A stretch of DNA of 64,000 nucleotides from Chiloscyllium plagiosum (lineage: Eukaryota): positions 49,778,857 through 49,842,856 of the forward strand of contig NC_057721.1 of assembly GCF_004010195.1 (NCBI RefSeq), in the 5' to 3' direction. The notes under the pieces are model-generated. The model searched no databases, was not told the origin of the DNA, and saw nothing but the letters and a program-made list of their open reading frames with translations. Below, piece after piece: positions 39,301 through 52,932 of the stretch (its first letter is position 1; every line of letters starts with the position of its first letter). A program made the translations under genes and the position numbers.

Positions 39301-41919
39301 AGAAAGGCATTTGTTATGCAAAGCTCAAATGTAGTTGTTCAGCAACACCAGTGTAGCCTGAATTTGTAACTACCCACAGCACTACCCAGTTTTGCAATAA
39401 CTTGGCTTTTATAGATATTTAACCTACACCTATGCCACAATTGGCATAAAAACTTAGTATCTATTTACTTTTGGATGTTAGCACAATAGCAGAATTAATG
39501 ATAATATTTAAGGGTGTGCAATATATAACACATTTATTAATATTTTCACATTGTTAGAATATAAAACTACAAATCAAAAAGAAAACAAAAAAATAGATAA
39601 ATACAGAAATTGAATAGCTTTTTTTTTGAAAAGCAAACCAAACTCAAAAGGACAGCTATTTCAAACTGCAATCAGACAGTTTTCACAGCAGAATGCGCTG
39701 AATTGCATGAAACATAAAAAAGAAACTGGCAAAGGGCAGGGAAGTACAGAATTAAACTATTATTAATTTGATGAAGACGTTGTATAGCTAAAACATATAA
39801 TGACAATAATTATTGACCAAACGTATATATAAAAGATTAGATTGACAAAGTTGCCACTTCAACAACTTAAAATAGTCAACTATCTGGAGAACCCATCTTC
39901 ACGAGATGAAAAGAACATTATTGCACACCCCCAATATTTGTTAGTACAGAACTTTACCTTAAAAAAGTCAAATCATGTTACTGATGTTTTATAGCAACTT
40001 CTGAATCCAAAAACAAAATTAATGATTACTGCTGAATCCATCTATTTGACACAATCTATTTTGATACCTCGAGATTACTGCCAAATTCATGAAAATTCTC
40101 ATTCTATCAACTGGATACAACAATGAGAGCTAGGATAGTCAAAGTGTCAAGCCTCTGTTATTCTAAAGCACAAAGTAAATGACTGGAGACAACTGCAGCC
40201 ACATATCAACTTAATTGTTCTTTGATCAGTCAAGCAGGTGCAAGGAGCAGGATATATTTTTGGTCTAGACTGAATTGTTTAGCATTGCTATCAACAACAA
40301 TAATAATACAAAGTTTAAAAACTTACTCAACCATTAATGTGACAAACACTACATTCAATTTACAACACAGATAAAACATGTTCACTTTTTCCTTTTTTTA
40401 AGGAAACACTTTTTCTGTGGTGGAACCCTCTCCCATTCTAACATTGCTGAACTAACCCCTTTCTATCAAAAGGCTGGTGAAAATGAAAATATGGTACTAT
40501 TTCAAAATGTAGAATACAAATCTTAACTAGCTTAAAAATAGTGAAATGACACATGCTAAAACTTAGGCCACATTTTAATTGAGTTGCAAAAGAAGGCATT
40601 TGCTTTGGCAAATAGAGTCATGACTAACTGATTTCTTTCTTTAGTTATCAAGATCACCTTTTCAAGAGAGAAACTAAATCCATAAACATGTCCTTTTAAG
40701 TAAAAGTATCATCCAAAAATCAATATCTACATTCTAAATCTACAATCATATCCACCAGGAATAGTTTTTGCGTTGCAAAGCAAGCCTATAATTGCTAAGC
40801 GATGCTGAGGTATTTCTTCTTAATGAAAAGATTGCAATGAATGGACAAAGTTCACTCACTTCCTACATACATGGAGCAAGATCTGTCTCATTTCTCAATG
40901 AAAATGTTTGCACAAATAATGTAAAGCCATTTTTTACTTAACAACGTTGAGGATAATTATATGTTCAGATGGGATTTCCCATCCCCAATTTTGTTCACAT
41001 AAAATAGGGAAAATACATTATTTCTATTTAACTTTTGGTCTCCCTACCACTTCAACAGGATTCACTCAATGCTGTACAGGTCTCAGAAAGGAGCTCATGA
41101 CAGCTCCAAAAACCTCAAAAGAAAACACAACTGTAATCGACTTAAGTGGAATATCAGTTTCCTCCTTTCAGCCCAAGGTGCGATTCCTCAATATGGTGCC
41201 CATCCTGTCCTACCATGATAACTATATCTATGATAATAAGGGATTCATCATCCCAGCAGCAGCGTTACATATCTTGAAACAAAAATCACTGCTAATAGGG
41301 AAAACAGACTTAAGATAAATGGCAAAAAGATTAGAGGGAGAGGAAGATAATTTTATTTTAATGCAAGAATATGATCTCGAAGGCAATGTCTGAAAGATGC
41401 TGGAAGCAAACTGAACAGGAAAGGCCAAACAGCCTCCTTCATTGCTGAAAGATACTATGGATTTAATGGAATATTGTAGGACAATTTCTATATGTCGTGC
41501 TGAGGGGTTAACCTCATCAAGTCAATACAGATCCTATACAATGTTTTTACCAACTAACCATTAATAAAATAAGTTATGTTTGTAGCAAAGGATTGATCTT
41601 TTTCAAAGCATTATTCAGTAGCTCTTGGTTCAAGAGTGGCTATTAATACTTGAAGAAATAAGCTATTGCCACAAATAGGGAATTAAATCATCAACAGATC
41701 TGCACTGCCAGTTCCACAGTCAATTTGCATTTTTGTTTTTTTTTTGGTGTTTTGAGGGAGGACAAATATGGAGTGATCAGTTGTGGAGTAGAAAATAGAG
41801 GGGAGAAACAGACATTAAACACTATGCAGAAATATTACAAATCTGCATTAAAGAAGTTTTCATTTTGAATACCAGGAGTTTATAACTAAATGGAGTTAGT
41901 TTCACTAGATTACTTCCAA

Positions 41920-42405
41920 AGATGAAAAGATTCACTAGATTAATTCTAGAAATTAAAGACTTGGCTTATGAGGAGAGATCAAGCAGCTTTGGCCCAGATT
42001 CACTCAAGTTTAGAAGAATGAGAGGAGATCTAAGATCTAAGGTAAATTAAGGTATTGAAGTTGCTAAAGGGGATTGACAAAGATGATGCAGAATGGACGT
42101 TTCCCCTTGTGGGGCAATCTAGAATGACAGGCTATAGTCTTAGGCTAAGGGGTGACAGATTTAAAACAAAGATGAGGAGGAATTATTATGGTTGTGAATC
42201 TGTCAAAATCACAACCTCAGATAGCCTTGGATGCTGGGACACTAAATGAATTTGAGGAGAAGATAAGATAGATTATTAATAAGTAACACATTAAAGGGTC
42301 ATAGGGAACAGGCATAAAGTGAATTTGAGGCCAAGATAAGACCAGCCATGACTGTACTGAATTTTGGAGCAGGGTTGAATCACCTACTGCTGCTTCTAGT
42401 TCTTG
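41920..42405 (+). mobile_element. Old CR1 3' fragment within the putative POU2F1 3' UTR
   Basis: ttatgaggagagat...tttagaagaatgagaggagatct...cacctactgctgcttctagttctt. Confidence 0.8.
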
Positions 42406-45400
42406 TGATAAGCCATGATCTAAATTGTGTTTATAAATAAAAGTGCCTGCAGGCATTGACGTTCAGTTCACGTAAGTCAATTTTGAGAACTGGATAAGGC
42501 ATATCTATTTAGTGGAGCACTGTGGCTGCTTTCTGATTTCACCTGGTTGATGATGCCTATCACCAATGTTTGTGGCAACTCTAGCACAAAAATCCTTAGG
42601 AATTCTAACTAATCTTCTGACATATCTGGTCCTATTGCCAAAGGTCCTATTGTCAGGGAACAAACATAAAATAAAATGACACCTGATTTGTCAAACAATG
42701 CAAATTGTTATTCCACATCAAAGTTATGTTTGACCAAAGAGACATTACTATATGGCAGAACATTAAACTAAAATAACTTATAGGAATTTATTGGCCCTTA
42801 GCTGATCAAGCGGTTAAAATGGGACATTGCTCTTATATTACAGCGGGGCAATAAAACTTTCACCACAGAACTATGATCCAATCTAATGCCTAAACAAAGA
42901 CATTTACATTGTATTCTTATGATGCATTGTTGATGTATGCTTAATATACATACTAATTATTTGGGTTAGACCAATTATTATTTATACATCTTGAAAAGAT
43001 GGTTTAGATTAAGTCTTTGAAAATCAAAGTCAAAAGCTTGCTACTGAAAAGTCTGGGAAGAGCATATACATGCACTGAAAATATGCAAAATGTGTACACG
43101 TATTGCATTCAATAATGGATAATTAAAATTTTGAGATTCGAGTATTTATACAACATATAAAACATGAACAGAAATAAAATGGTATATTCCAACAATGTGG
43201 AAAATGGATACATGGACACATTTACTTCCAGTTTATTTTGTGTATCCTCAATGAAAATACACAATTGCATCAGAGGACCAGTTTAAGACTTCATTCAAGA
43301 AATGTATTGAAATTCACAACAGTCTTCCTGTTCACAACCCCCAACTGTTTGAGGAGGAGCAATATTTGAACAAACGTCTCAAAGGCAACAGGGTCATTTG
43401 AATCTGATCATGTAAATGTCTCAGTTACAAAATGTTGCTAGCATCTGTTCATGGATTTCACATATTTAGGTTTGAAATTTAATCCATTAGCATTGGAGGC
43501 TTTTAAAACAAAAAGAGCTTCTGTTGCAAGAAATTTGGCAAATAAATTAGTAAGATGAAGTCAATATTTTAGAATTTACTTTAAAACAGATAATCAGCTT
43601 AGAAACAGGAGTAAAATATTCATCCATGAAGTGTCAATTGATTAATTATTATTAAGAGCACTTCCAGAATTCAATATTTTTAAAATGGATAATTTAGCAT
43701 TTATCATGGAGTATGTCCCACCTTAATGAGCGATTTGCTTTTACCAATTTTATCTGATCTGAAAAAAAGTAGTCCACTTTGACTCAAATGGATTGATGGA
43801 TTAAGTCAGTATGTGTCTGACTTTATGGAAAGTTGGCAAAAAGGGACAATGGCATAAATAGCTTTGAGAGCATGAATTGTAACCATTGCAACCATAAGAG
43901 CTCTGAATTGTTTGCTGCTAACTAAAATTACTAAATTTTAATGATTAAAACTATTCCTTATATTTACCTATGTATCATTCAATTCCAAAAACCTAAGAAC
44001 ACAACCAATTTTTATTGACAAACCTCAATGTCACATAAGCCACTGGCGTTTGCAGAGTTGGTGCAAATGATACTGCCCAGCTCTAACAAGGGCAAAACAC
44101 AATCCTGAAAGAAAATCCTGGTTTGATTGCTTCAAACTACAACATCTCACAAATAAAAGCAGGATTCTCTCTGCAACAGACAAATGCAATGATACGCTGA
44201 CTACCTTTGTAGCAAAACATTAATCCATTAAGGAATATAAAATTAAAAGCTTTACCACAACTTATTTTGTTTCCTTTTCAGATACACAACAAAAAATTAG
44301 AACTAGCTCAGTTAGGTTTAAAATTTAAATATTAACTGTGGTCTGGGGTCAGCTAGAAAGCATTGTCTTAAAGTTTCTATGGAGCATGCCTTCAACTTCT
44401 GTTTCACTACCACCATCAATGACCAGCATTCAGTTCTGTCTAGTATTTAAAACTGAAACAGTCATCTCAGCTTTATGCTTATTTTTCTTCTTGTTGCTTT
44501 TTAAAACATTTGCTATTTATGGAGCAAGTGGAAAAATCAGGAACAAAAAAGTGTTCACAGAAAGCCTTCTGCTATTCAATGAACCAGTTTTATCTATTAA
44601 TTCACGTGTTTAACATGAAAGGGCATGCAATAAAAGCTACAAAGTACACGAGGCTGACACCAACATGGGTTGAATATTATAACTCACCTGTCCAAATTAT
44701 TTTCAATGTGGTAAATATGTAATTGCTTAAATGAAAAGCTAGCTCAACAATTGATGTCCAATACTTGAGCCATGCTACCAAGCAAGTATATTAGTAAGCA
44801 AAGGTCATCTCTAGAAAAGCACTTCACCTTTATTCAGACACTCAGCATTGTGGGGATATCTTTTTACTGCTCCTCACATGCGATGCAATTTATTATTGCC
44901 ACCAATGTGACTGTAGACAACTGGTCTTTATTGCATAGTTTGTACTTCTGGTGCAACATTAATTCTTCCCATACACAAGTACTATGCACATTTTTGTACT
45001 TTAGGTGTCATTGCAAAGTAAAGCAATGATAGAAAACAGTAATGAGGGCAAAAGTGTCATAAATATAATTTGGGTAGGTGCTGGAATTACAGAATGGCCT
45101 GGTTAAATACCTGCCTTGGAGGACTAAAGGTTTTTGGTTTACATTTGTGCATGGGGTCTAAACATTTCCCACTGGTCCAAAGCCCAGAATCTACTATTAG
45201 AAAAGTAACAACATTCCTCTAAAATTTGTTTGAATACCCAGTGAAAATAGTACAAGAGTACAAATACTAGAAGGATACAAGTACTGCAGCAGTACAATCT
45301 GTCACAGGATCTGTTTTGTACATTTAGACAGTGAGGGTTTGTACAACTGGAAATATTATTTTTAACTTTCTTAATATCACTAACACCAGTCTACATTTAG

Positions 45401-47383
45401 CCATCCAGTAAATTTGAATTACCCAATGAAAACTGGTTGCACCAGACTCTTGACAAAATGATTATTATTCTGCAACAATGTAAATTTCACGTTTGAAGAT
45501 TCTTTCACCTGAAAAACGACATTAAAAAGTAGAAAATAGTAACTGTTTACCTTCTATGAACAGGAGCAACTAAATTACTGATGCCTATTAACTGCACTCA
45601 TGCAAACAATGTCATTGGTACAGCAGCTAGGTAAAACTGACTTTGGTTCAAGCTTTTAATAGCTGTCCATATTTGGTAGGCAGCCATATTCATTTTGTTT
45701 GCAGTTTGGTAGTGCAACCCTACCAGAACTGCATATTTTGTGTCTTGAAAAGGAGATTAATGTAGTTACTAACAAGGAAAAAAATGGTGACTGTCATTAC
45801 TTAAGATGAGAAACTTAATTGAATCCAGTTGTTATGACTAACACAAAGAACAATATTAACCAACGTGAATTTGAATTATAACATCAATTCTAGTATCTGT
45901 TTGGTACACGCATAGTGCAGCAATATGAGTGAATAGTCAGCAACAGAGCTCGGGCTTTTTTGAACGAACACTTGTTTGATTCAAGCACATTATTTGTTAA
46001 AACATCAGCTGCGTTTATCAGAAAATATCACGTGCTATTGAACAAAAGAAATTTATACCTCATTCATTTCCCGTGGGTAGCTCAGCACAAAGTTCACACA
46101 TATTGAGTATCTAAACATGTTGTTCATTAACCAATTGGGAATGCTGGACATGTGGCAACAGCAATCATTCTGGCTTGTAATATAAACCTTGCTCCTCTCT
46201 TTCAAGTTCACTACAGAAAATGACAGACACCATTTTTATTCCATGTGAACTGCAATGCTCTACTCCAGTCCTTTAATTTTTGGTTTTAATACGCTTACAG
46301 CAATGGTTCAAGCCATACTGTGCATACTGTAAGCCGCTTGTCTCAAAACAACCCTATTTTCCCTTAAAGATAAACAAACACCAAACTGCACCAACATTAG
46401 ATGTGTTATCAAGTTCTATGGGAACATATATTATTTAGTTTCTATAAATAAATCAGTTTCTGGAAACTAAATAATGAATTTTCCCCATTAGCTTTTATAG
46501 TTGGTCTTGCATATTTGTAGTTTGCTCATCTCTACCATATTCCGTGATGGTTTCAACTAGTTTCAGTATCTGAGCAAAGACAAAAGCTTCACAAGATACC
46601 CATGATCCACTGACAATAAAGTCTTCTCATTTCCAGTTGTTCAGCTACGTGGATCAATATCGCTGATGGTATGACATTTGCTAACATACCCAACCCTTAC
46701 ATTTAGGAAGGACAGACATACTAAGCCATTTTAAAAACCAAGAATGTTTTTAAAACCATCAGTTTGCGAACTTTTGTCTCAAAGCATCTAACTTTGAATC
46801 TTTCCTACAAAAATAACCAACAGTAAACCACTTTATACAAACGGTGCATAAATCTACAGTGTACCCGACAAGGAACAACCTTTTTTTTTCCAAAAGAAAG
46901 GAGATAATTTCAAGAGACATTAACAAGAAGAAAAAAAAATAAAAACCCAATGTAGTTTTCTTAACGGTATACACAGGGGAAAAAAAAGATGCACAAGCAT
47001 CCCAAGTACAGGCCTGCCTAAACTGTACCAGTTAAAGAAACCCATGCTATTTATACATGATATAAACACCTTTATGAAACAAAAAGGCCTGTACAACAGA
47101 CCTAATTAAAATAAACACACAATTAAAAAGAACTAATAAAATAGATACTAAAGGAGACAGAACCCTTGCCTATGCATTGTTAATGACTCCTATATTGTTA
47201 CGACCGTCTGAAACGATAAATATTCACGTGTTTCCTTTTTGGTAGAAGTCTTTTTTTTGTCATTTGTGACACAATCCTGAAAAGCAAGTTAAAAAATTAG
47301 GCAAACATCAGTTTTGCTTTTGCTGGAAGCAGCCAATTACACATCCCATACTGGATTAAATGATCCATTCTAGGGAGTACGTC

Positions 47384-47682
47384 TCATTGGGCCTTGGTGG
47401 TGTTGGTGGCCCCACCTGCTGAGGTCACAGTGAATGAAGAGTTCTGGCTGGAATCAGTTGACATAGAGGCCATCTGGAGACTCGCTGCATGTCCAGTTGT
47501 CCCGGCAGCAGATATCAGGCTTACGGCTGGGTTGCTGGTGAGTAAGGAGAGGTTTTGTGGGTTCAAAAAGAGAGGGGCTGTCACGATGTTTGGAGTACCC
47601 CCTGGGTTCGCTGCATTGGCAAACAATAGATTTCCACTGGCATCAAGGGAGGTTATAGGAAGTGTTCCACTAGATGCAAGCG
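47384..47682 (-). CDS. POU2F1: POU2F1 (Oct-1) terminal coding exon
   Basis: tttcttctcag acceptor; (A)[55 protein letters not shown]...TKAQ-stop. Matches the Oct-1 C-terminus ([22 protein letters not shown]...KAQ). 299 nt, phase consistent with the preceding exon. Confidence 0.97.
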
Positions 47683-48604
47683 CTGAGAAGAAATGACAAG
47701 AGATCCCTGGTTAGAATAAATGCATTTTGTGAAGCTCTTCATACCATCTGTACATCAAAAAGGGAAATAGAATGGAAAAATGACAGTTTGTGTTATCATA
47801 TATATTAAAATTATTGATAACAATGCCAAAGGCTCATAAAAATGCATTTTCAGATTGCTGTATGTATATATGTGTGATGAAATTAACTTTAGAAAAGTTT
47901 ACAAATTGTAGACTCCATCCAAATAACACAGTAACCCAATTCTTTCCAAACTCAATTCAAATAATCAATGAGCAAATTCCAGAATCATAAAATACTGGTA
48001 CACAATCATTTTGTATTGTAGTTTGAATAAGTGAGTTAAGTTTTCTTTAAAGGAAATAATTAATCAGGGACATGTTAATATCCAACATGCTTGAAGTCAA
48101 AAGGTTTTTCTTTAATTGTTTAATTTCAGATTACTACATTCATGTATAATACCTGATCAATTCATTACCAGATTAGCTACAAGTAGTCTAATGAAGTTAA
48201 TACAGGCAGTTAAAAATACATTTGCACTAACAAATATTGCAAATTTCAGTTTACAAAAATAAATCACTTAAACGTTATGTCATAACATGTTTTGCCTCTG
48301 TATCAATTTCTCTTGCCAACTATGGTTTAACGCAATTTAAAACCATAGCCTATGGTTTTACTATAAACATACTTAGCTTTTGTGAGCTCATATCATTTAC
48401 TGCCTGATGTACCTCATTGATTTAATTTTCCAAATCTTTACATTTCAATAAAATGTTGAGGCTGTCTATATCTCTTTCAGGTAGATGTTATGTATTTATC
48501 CGATTTTTCTAAATGGGAACTACAGAATCAGGCCTTTTCTGAAATTAAAACTAAAGTCCAGTAAGTACTCATTGGGTCAGACACTATCGCTTGAGAGAAA
48601 AAAA

Positions 48605-48639
48605 AGTTAATGTTTCAAGTCAATGATCTTTTGTCAGAA
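48605..48639 (-). ncRNA. Decayed hammerhead motif (older family C)
   Basis: Minus strand tt-CTGACAA-aagatcattgactt-GAAA-catt-aact. Confidence 0.45.
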
Positions 48640-49099
48640 CGGAGAAAAGAACTAAAAGGTTTTAAGCAAGTACAGATGTGGCAACATTACCGGCACCGAA
48701 GAAAAGCAAAGGTCTGGGGGTGGGGGCAAAAGAGATAAAAAGATAAGGTAAAAGGGATGGTGATGGGACAAGAAAAGTAACAAAGGATGAATCAAGAGGA
48801 AGCATAACTAAGGCAGATAGCAGCAGCATCAACAACTGCTGTTAAAACAAGCACAGATCATGAAACTGTTCCACTCCATGTTGTGTCCAGAAGGATGCAA
48901 AATTCTTAACTGGACATTGTAGAGATATTTCTCAAGAAATAAAATCCCAAGTGACAAAAAAGTTGGAATTACACTTGTGGAGTACGCACAGGTGCCGGCA
49001 GGCTTCCCACCCCCCACAAAACTTTGTCAAAGATTTAATAAAATTTCCCAGTTCAGGGCAAGAGCAGGAAACGAAACCATGAAGTCATCAACATAATAG

Positions 49100-51252
49100 A
49101 ATTAAGAGGGATAAGAAATGAAAGGCCAATTTTCACAGTATTAGGCAAGAACTTTCAAAAGCTGATTGGGGGCAGATATTTGCAGGTAAAGGGATGGCTG
49201 GAAAATGGGAAGCCTTCAGAAATGAGAACGAGAATCCAGAGAAAGTATATTCCTTTTACGATGAAAGGAAAGGCTGGTAGATATAGGGAATGCTGGATGA
49301 CTAAAAAAATTGAGGGTTTGGCTAAGAAAAAGAAGCAAGCATACGTAAAGGTATAGACAGGATAGATCGAGTGAATCCTTAGAGTGTAAAGGCAGTGGGG
49401 GTATATTTAAGAGGGAAATCAGGAGGGCAAAAAGGGGACATGAGATAGCTTTGGCAAATAGAATTAAGGAGAATCCAAAGTGTTTTTACAAATACATTAA
49501 GGACAAAAGGGTAACATGGACAGAATAGGACCCCTCAAAAGATCAGCAAGGCAGCCTTTGTGTGGAGCCACAGAAAATGGGGGAGATACTAAACGAGTAT
49601 TTTGCATCAGTATTTACTGTGGAAGGTATAGACTGTAGGGAAATAGATGGTGACATCTTGCAAAATGTCCATATTATAGAGGAGAAAGTGCTGGATGTCT
49701 TGAAACACGTAAAGGTGGATAAATCCCCAGAACCTGATCAGGTGTACCCTAGAACTCTATGGGAAGCTAGAGAAGTGACTCCCGAGTCTCTTGCTGAGAT
49801 ATTTGTATCATCGATAGTCACAGGTGAGGTGTCGGAAGACTGGAGGTAGGCTAATGTGGTGCCACTGTTTAAGAAGGATGGTAAGGACAAGCCAGGGAAC
49901 TATAGACCAGTGAGCCTGACCTCGGTGGTGGGCAAGTTGTTGGAGGGAATCCTAAGGGACAGGATGGAAATGTATTTGGAAAGGCAAGGACTGATTAGGG
50001 ATAGTCAACATGGCTTTGTGTGTTGAAAATCATGTCTCACAAACTTGATTCAGTTTTTTTAAGAAGTAACAAAGAGGAATGATGAGGGCAGAGCAGTAGA
50101 TGTGATCTATATGGACTTCAGTAAGGCGTTCAACAAGGTTCCCATGGGAGACTGATTAGCAAGGTTAGAACTCATGGAATATAGGGAGAATTAGCCATTT
50201 GGATACAAAACTGGCACAAAGGTAGAAGACAGAGGGTGGTGGTGGAGGATTATTTTTCAGACTGGAGGCCTGTGACCAGTGGAGTGCCACAAGGATCGGT
50301 GCTGGGTCCTCTACTTTTAGTCATTGAACATAAATGATTTGGATGTGAGCGTAACATGTACAGTTAGTAAGTTTGCAGAAGACACCAAAATTGGAGGTGT
50401 AATGGACAGCGAAGAGGTTTACCTCAGATTACAACAGGATCTTGACCAGATGGGCCAATGGGCTGAGAAGTGGAAGATGGAATTTAATTCAGATAAATGC
50501 GAGGTGCTGCATTTTGGGAAAGCAAATCTTAGCAGGACTTAGACACTTAATGGTAAGATCCTAGGGAATGTTGCTGAACAAAGAAACGTTGGAGTGCAGG
50601 TTCACAGCTCGTTGAAAGTGGCGTTGCAGGTGGATAGAATAGTGAAAAAAGCATTTGGTATGCTTTCTTTTGGGAGGTCATGTTGCGGCTGTACAGGACA
50701 TTGGTTAGGCCACTATTGGAATATTGCGTGCAATTCTGGTCTCCTTCCTATCGAAAACATGTTGTGAAACTTGAAAGGGTTCAGGAAGGATTTACAAGAA
50801 TGTTGCCAGGGTTGGAGGATTTGAGCTATAGGGAGAGGCTGAACAGGCTGGGGCTGTTTTCCCTCGAGCGTCAAAGGCTGAGGGGTGACCTTATAGAGGT
50901 TTACAAAATTATAAGCTGCATGGATAGGGTAAATAGACAAAAGTCTTTTCCCTGGGGTCGGGCAGTCCAGAACTAGAGGGCATACGTTTAGGGTGAGAGG
51001 GGAAAGATATAAAAGAGACCTAAGGGGCAACTTTTTCACACAGAGGGTGGTACGTGTATGAAATGAGCTGCCAGAGGAAGTGGTGGAGGCTGGTACAATT
51101 GCAACATTTAAGAGGCATTTGGATGGGTATATGAATAGGAAGGGTTTGGAGGGATATGGGCCGGGTGCTAGTCGTTGGGATGGGATATCTGATCAGCATG
51201 GATGGGTTTGACCGAAGGGTCTGTTTCCATGTTGTATATCTCTATGACTCTA
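49100..51252 (+). mobile_element. CR1 LINE (same young family as 237-2172), antisense in the last POU2F1 intron
   Basis: MGEILNEYFASVFTVE, KFAEDTK, LVRPLLEYCVQFWSP; tail tctctatgactct. Confidence 0.95.
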
Positions 51253-51565
51253 TAAGAATAGATTTTTTTTTTGAAAGTGAAGATACTTTAAGGGAGATTT
51301 AATTCAGACTATTAAAATCCTGGAGGACCCAGACTGGACAGGAAGGAACAGCTTCCTTTGGAGACAGCAATAATAAGGGAAAATACATTGAAAGTGAGTG
51401 ACAGAAAGTGTCTGTTTCCATGCTGTATATCTCTATGACTCTTTGAAAAGAGCTGGAACAAAAAGGGTTCCACATACAATTTTTCAGAATGAGAATGTAA
51501 TGGAAAAATAATTTTAACATAAAATATTACGATTTTAGCACAAAAAAATAAGGAAATTGCTAATT

Positions 51566-51683
51566 ATTAGATTAGATTAGATTATCGCCTGAGGCGGGAA
51601 TTGAACCCGGGTCTCTGGCGCTGTGAGGCAGCAGTGCTAACCACTGTGCCACCGTGCCGCCCACTATGCCACCGTGCCGCCCA
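51566..51683 (-). mobile_element. HE1 SINE reduced to head plus tail, with a tandemly duplicated 5' end
   Basis: (ttaga)n joined directly to the tRNA-like head; 20-bp duplication at 51641-51680. Confidence 0.85.
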
Positions 51684-51699
51684 CCTATAGTAAGAATTA

Positions 51700-52345
51700 T
51701 AGTAAGAATTAAAATAGAATAATGGAACAAAGTGATCTAGGAGTACCATACACAAATCACTAATGATAGTCACACAAGTTAACAATTATCTGGGGTCTTA
51801 GGGCTTATTTTTAGACAGATAGAATTAAGTAGATATGATAAAACCATATTGAGCTTTGGTTAAACCATACCTGGAGTATAATTCTAGTCACTAAATCATA
51901 AAGAGGATATAGAGACAGGGATCAAGATGGAAAAAAAGTAGAGAATTACATTAGAAATGATAGATGATATATCAGGATAAGATAGATTATCTTTAAATAG
52001 ATGAGGGGTGACTTAGTGGAAATCTACAAAAATCATTGAGGTTTTGAGAACAGACACTTTGGAGAGTAGAAGACTTCCATTTGTGAAAAGCAGGGCCAAG
52101 GGCACAAATATAGCAATCACCCAAAAGGAAAATCAAATATGGAAATTAGAATAAAACTGTTTATACAGAGATTGGTGAGAATGTGGAACCCAGTATCATA
52201 GGGAGTTGGATTGAATATTATTGATGAAGTAAGGGGAGACTGCATAACCACAAGAGAGTAGAAAATACTGGTATCAGTTGAGTAAAAGAGGGAGGAACAC
52301 TAATGTGGCCTGGTTGGATCAACCAGCCTGCTTCTGTGCTGTCTA
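51700..52345 (+). mobile_element. Old CR1 3' fragment
   Basis: ctttggttaaaccatacctggagtat (LVKPYLEY); gaggggtgactta. Confidence 0.65.
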
Positions 52346-52480
52346 ATATTACATAAATAGGCAGATGTAGTTAGAATCCATGGTTGTTTACCAAATGGAA
52401 GGCATTGCCAAGTGATTAAAAGCAAAAGCAGAATGCATCAACAGGACTGGGCAGTTGATGTGGACTGGCAAGACCTCAAC

Positions 52481-52572
52481 TGCTGAAAATGTGTTGCTGG
52501 AAAAGCGCAGCAGGTCAGGCAGCATCCAAGGAGCAGGAGAATCGACATTTTGGGCATGAGCCCTTCTTCAGG
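52481..52572 (-). mobile_element. Penelope-like terminal-repeat fragment
   Basis: Reverse complement is homologous to 52933-53010 (ggatgctgcctgacctgctgcgct...ccagca). Confidence 0.75.
52540..52572 (-). ncRNA. Decayed hammerhead motif (CpG-type transitions in the core)
   Basis: Minus strand CTGAAGA-a-gggc-tcat-gccc-AAAA-t-GTC-gatt; GAAA changed to AAAA, so presumably inactive. Confidence 0.65.
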
Positions 52573-52932
52573 AGAGAACATGGAGAGAACTGACACCCAT
52601 GGTGACAAGGTGATTGTTAGGGCCAGGGATTTTAAATTGGTGGAAGGCATTAGATGAGTCGTAGATACAGTGTAAGTGACACTCTTTGAAATAACGGCTT
52701 GATGTTCAGGGGCCCAGTGACGTGCCTGAGAGTTGGGTGTTCAATCTCTTCCAGACACCTTTGAAATTCCTTGCTACAGAGAGCTGCCAGGACAGAATCA
52801 GTGTGTATACTTAAGACGGAGATAGATTCTTGACCAGTAGGGGAACTAAGGGGACGGGGTAAGGGCAAGAAAGTGCATGTGAGGAATATCATATCAGACA
52901 TGATTCTATTGAATGGCAGAGGAGGACAGAGG

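Larger units (their letters stand above)
30120..47383 (-). other. POU2F1: Putative very long POU2F1 3' UTR
   Basis: Sharp drop in recognisable repeats relative to the flanks; U-rich/UGUA-rich on the minus strand; minus-strand ATTAAA at 30139-30144. The end point is inference only. Confidence 0.45.

Noticed and set aside
40947-41318. 123-aa + ORF in the repeat-poor region
   Set aside because: TTG start, no recognisable motif, no splice context; likely chance.
33469-42705. Octamer motifs (ATGCAAAT or its reverse) near POU2F1, suggesting autoregulation
   Set aside because: About six seen in the whole window, close to the roughly four expected by chance in 64 kb of AT-rich DNA.
47394-47696. 100-aa + strand ORF antisense to the last POU2F1 exon (tempting CD3theta analogue)
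   Set aside because: GTG start, no convincing + strand acceptor, and antisense open frames are common opposite Ser/Ala/Thr-rich exons. It would need transcript evidence.
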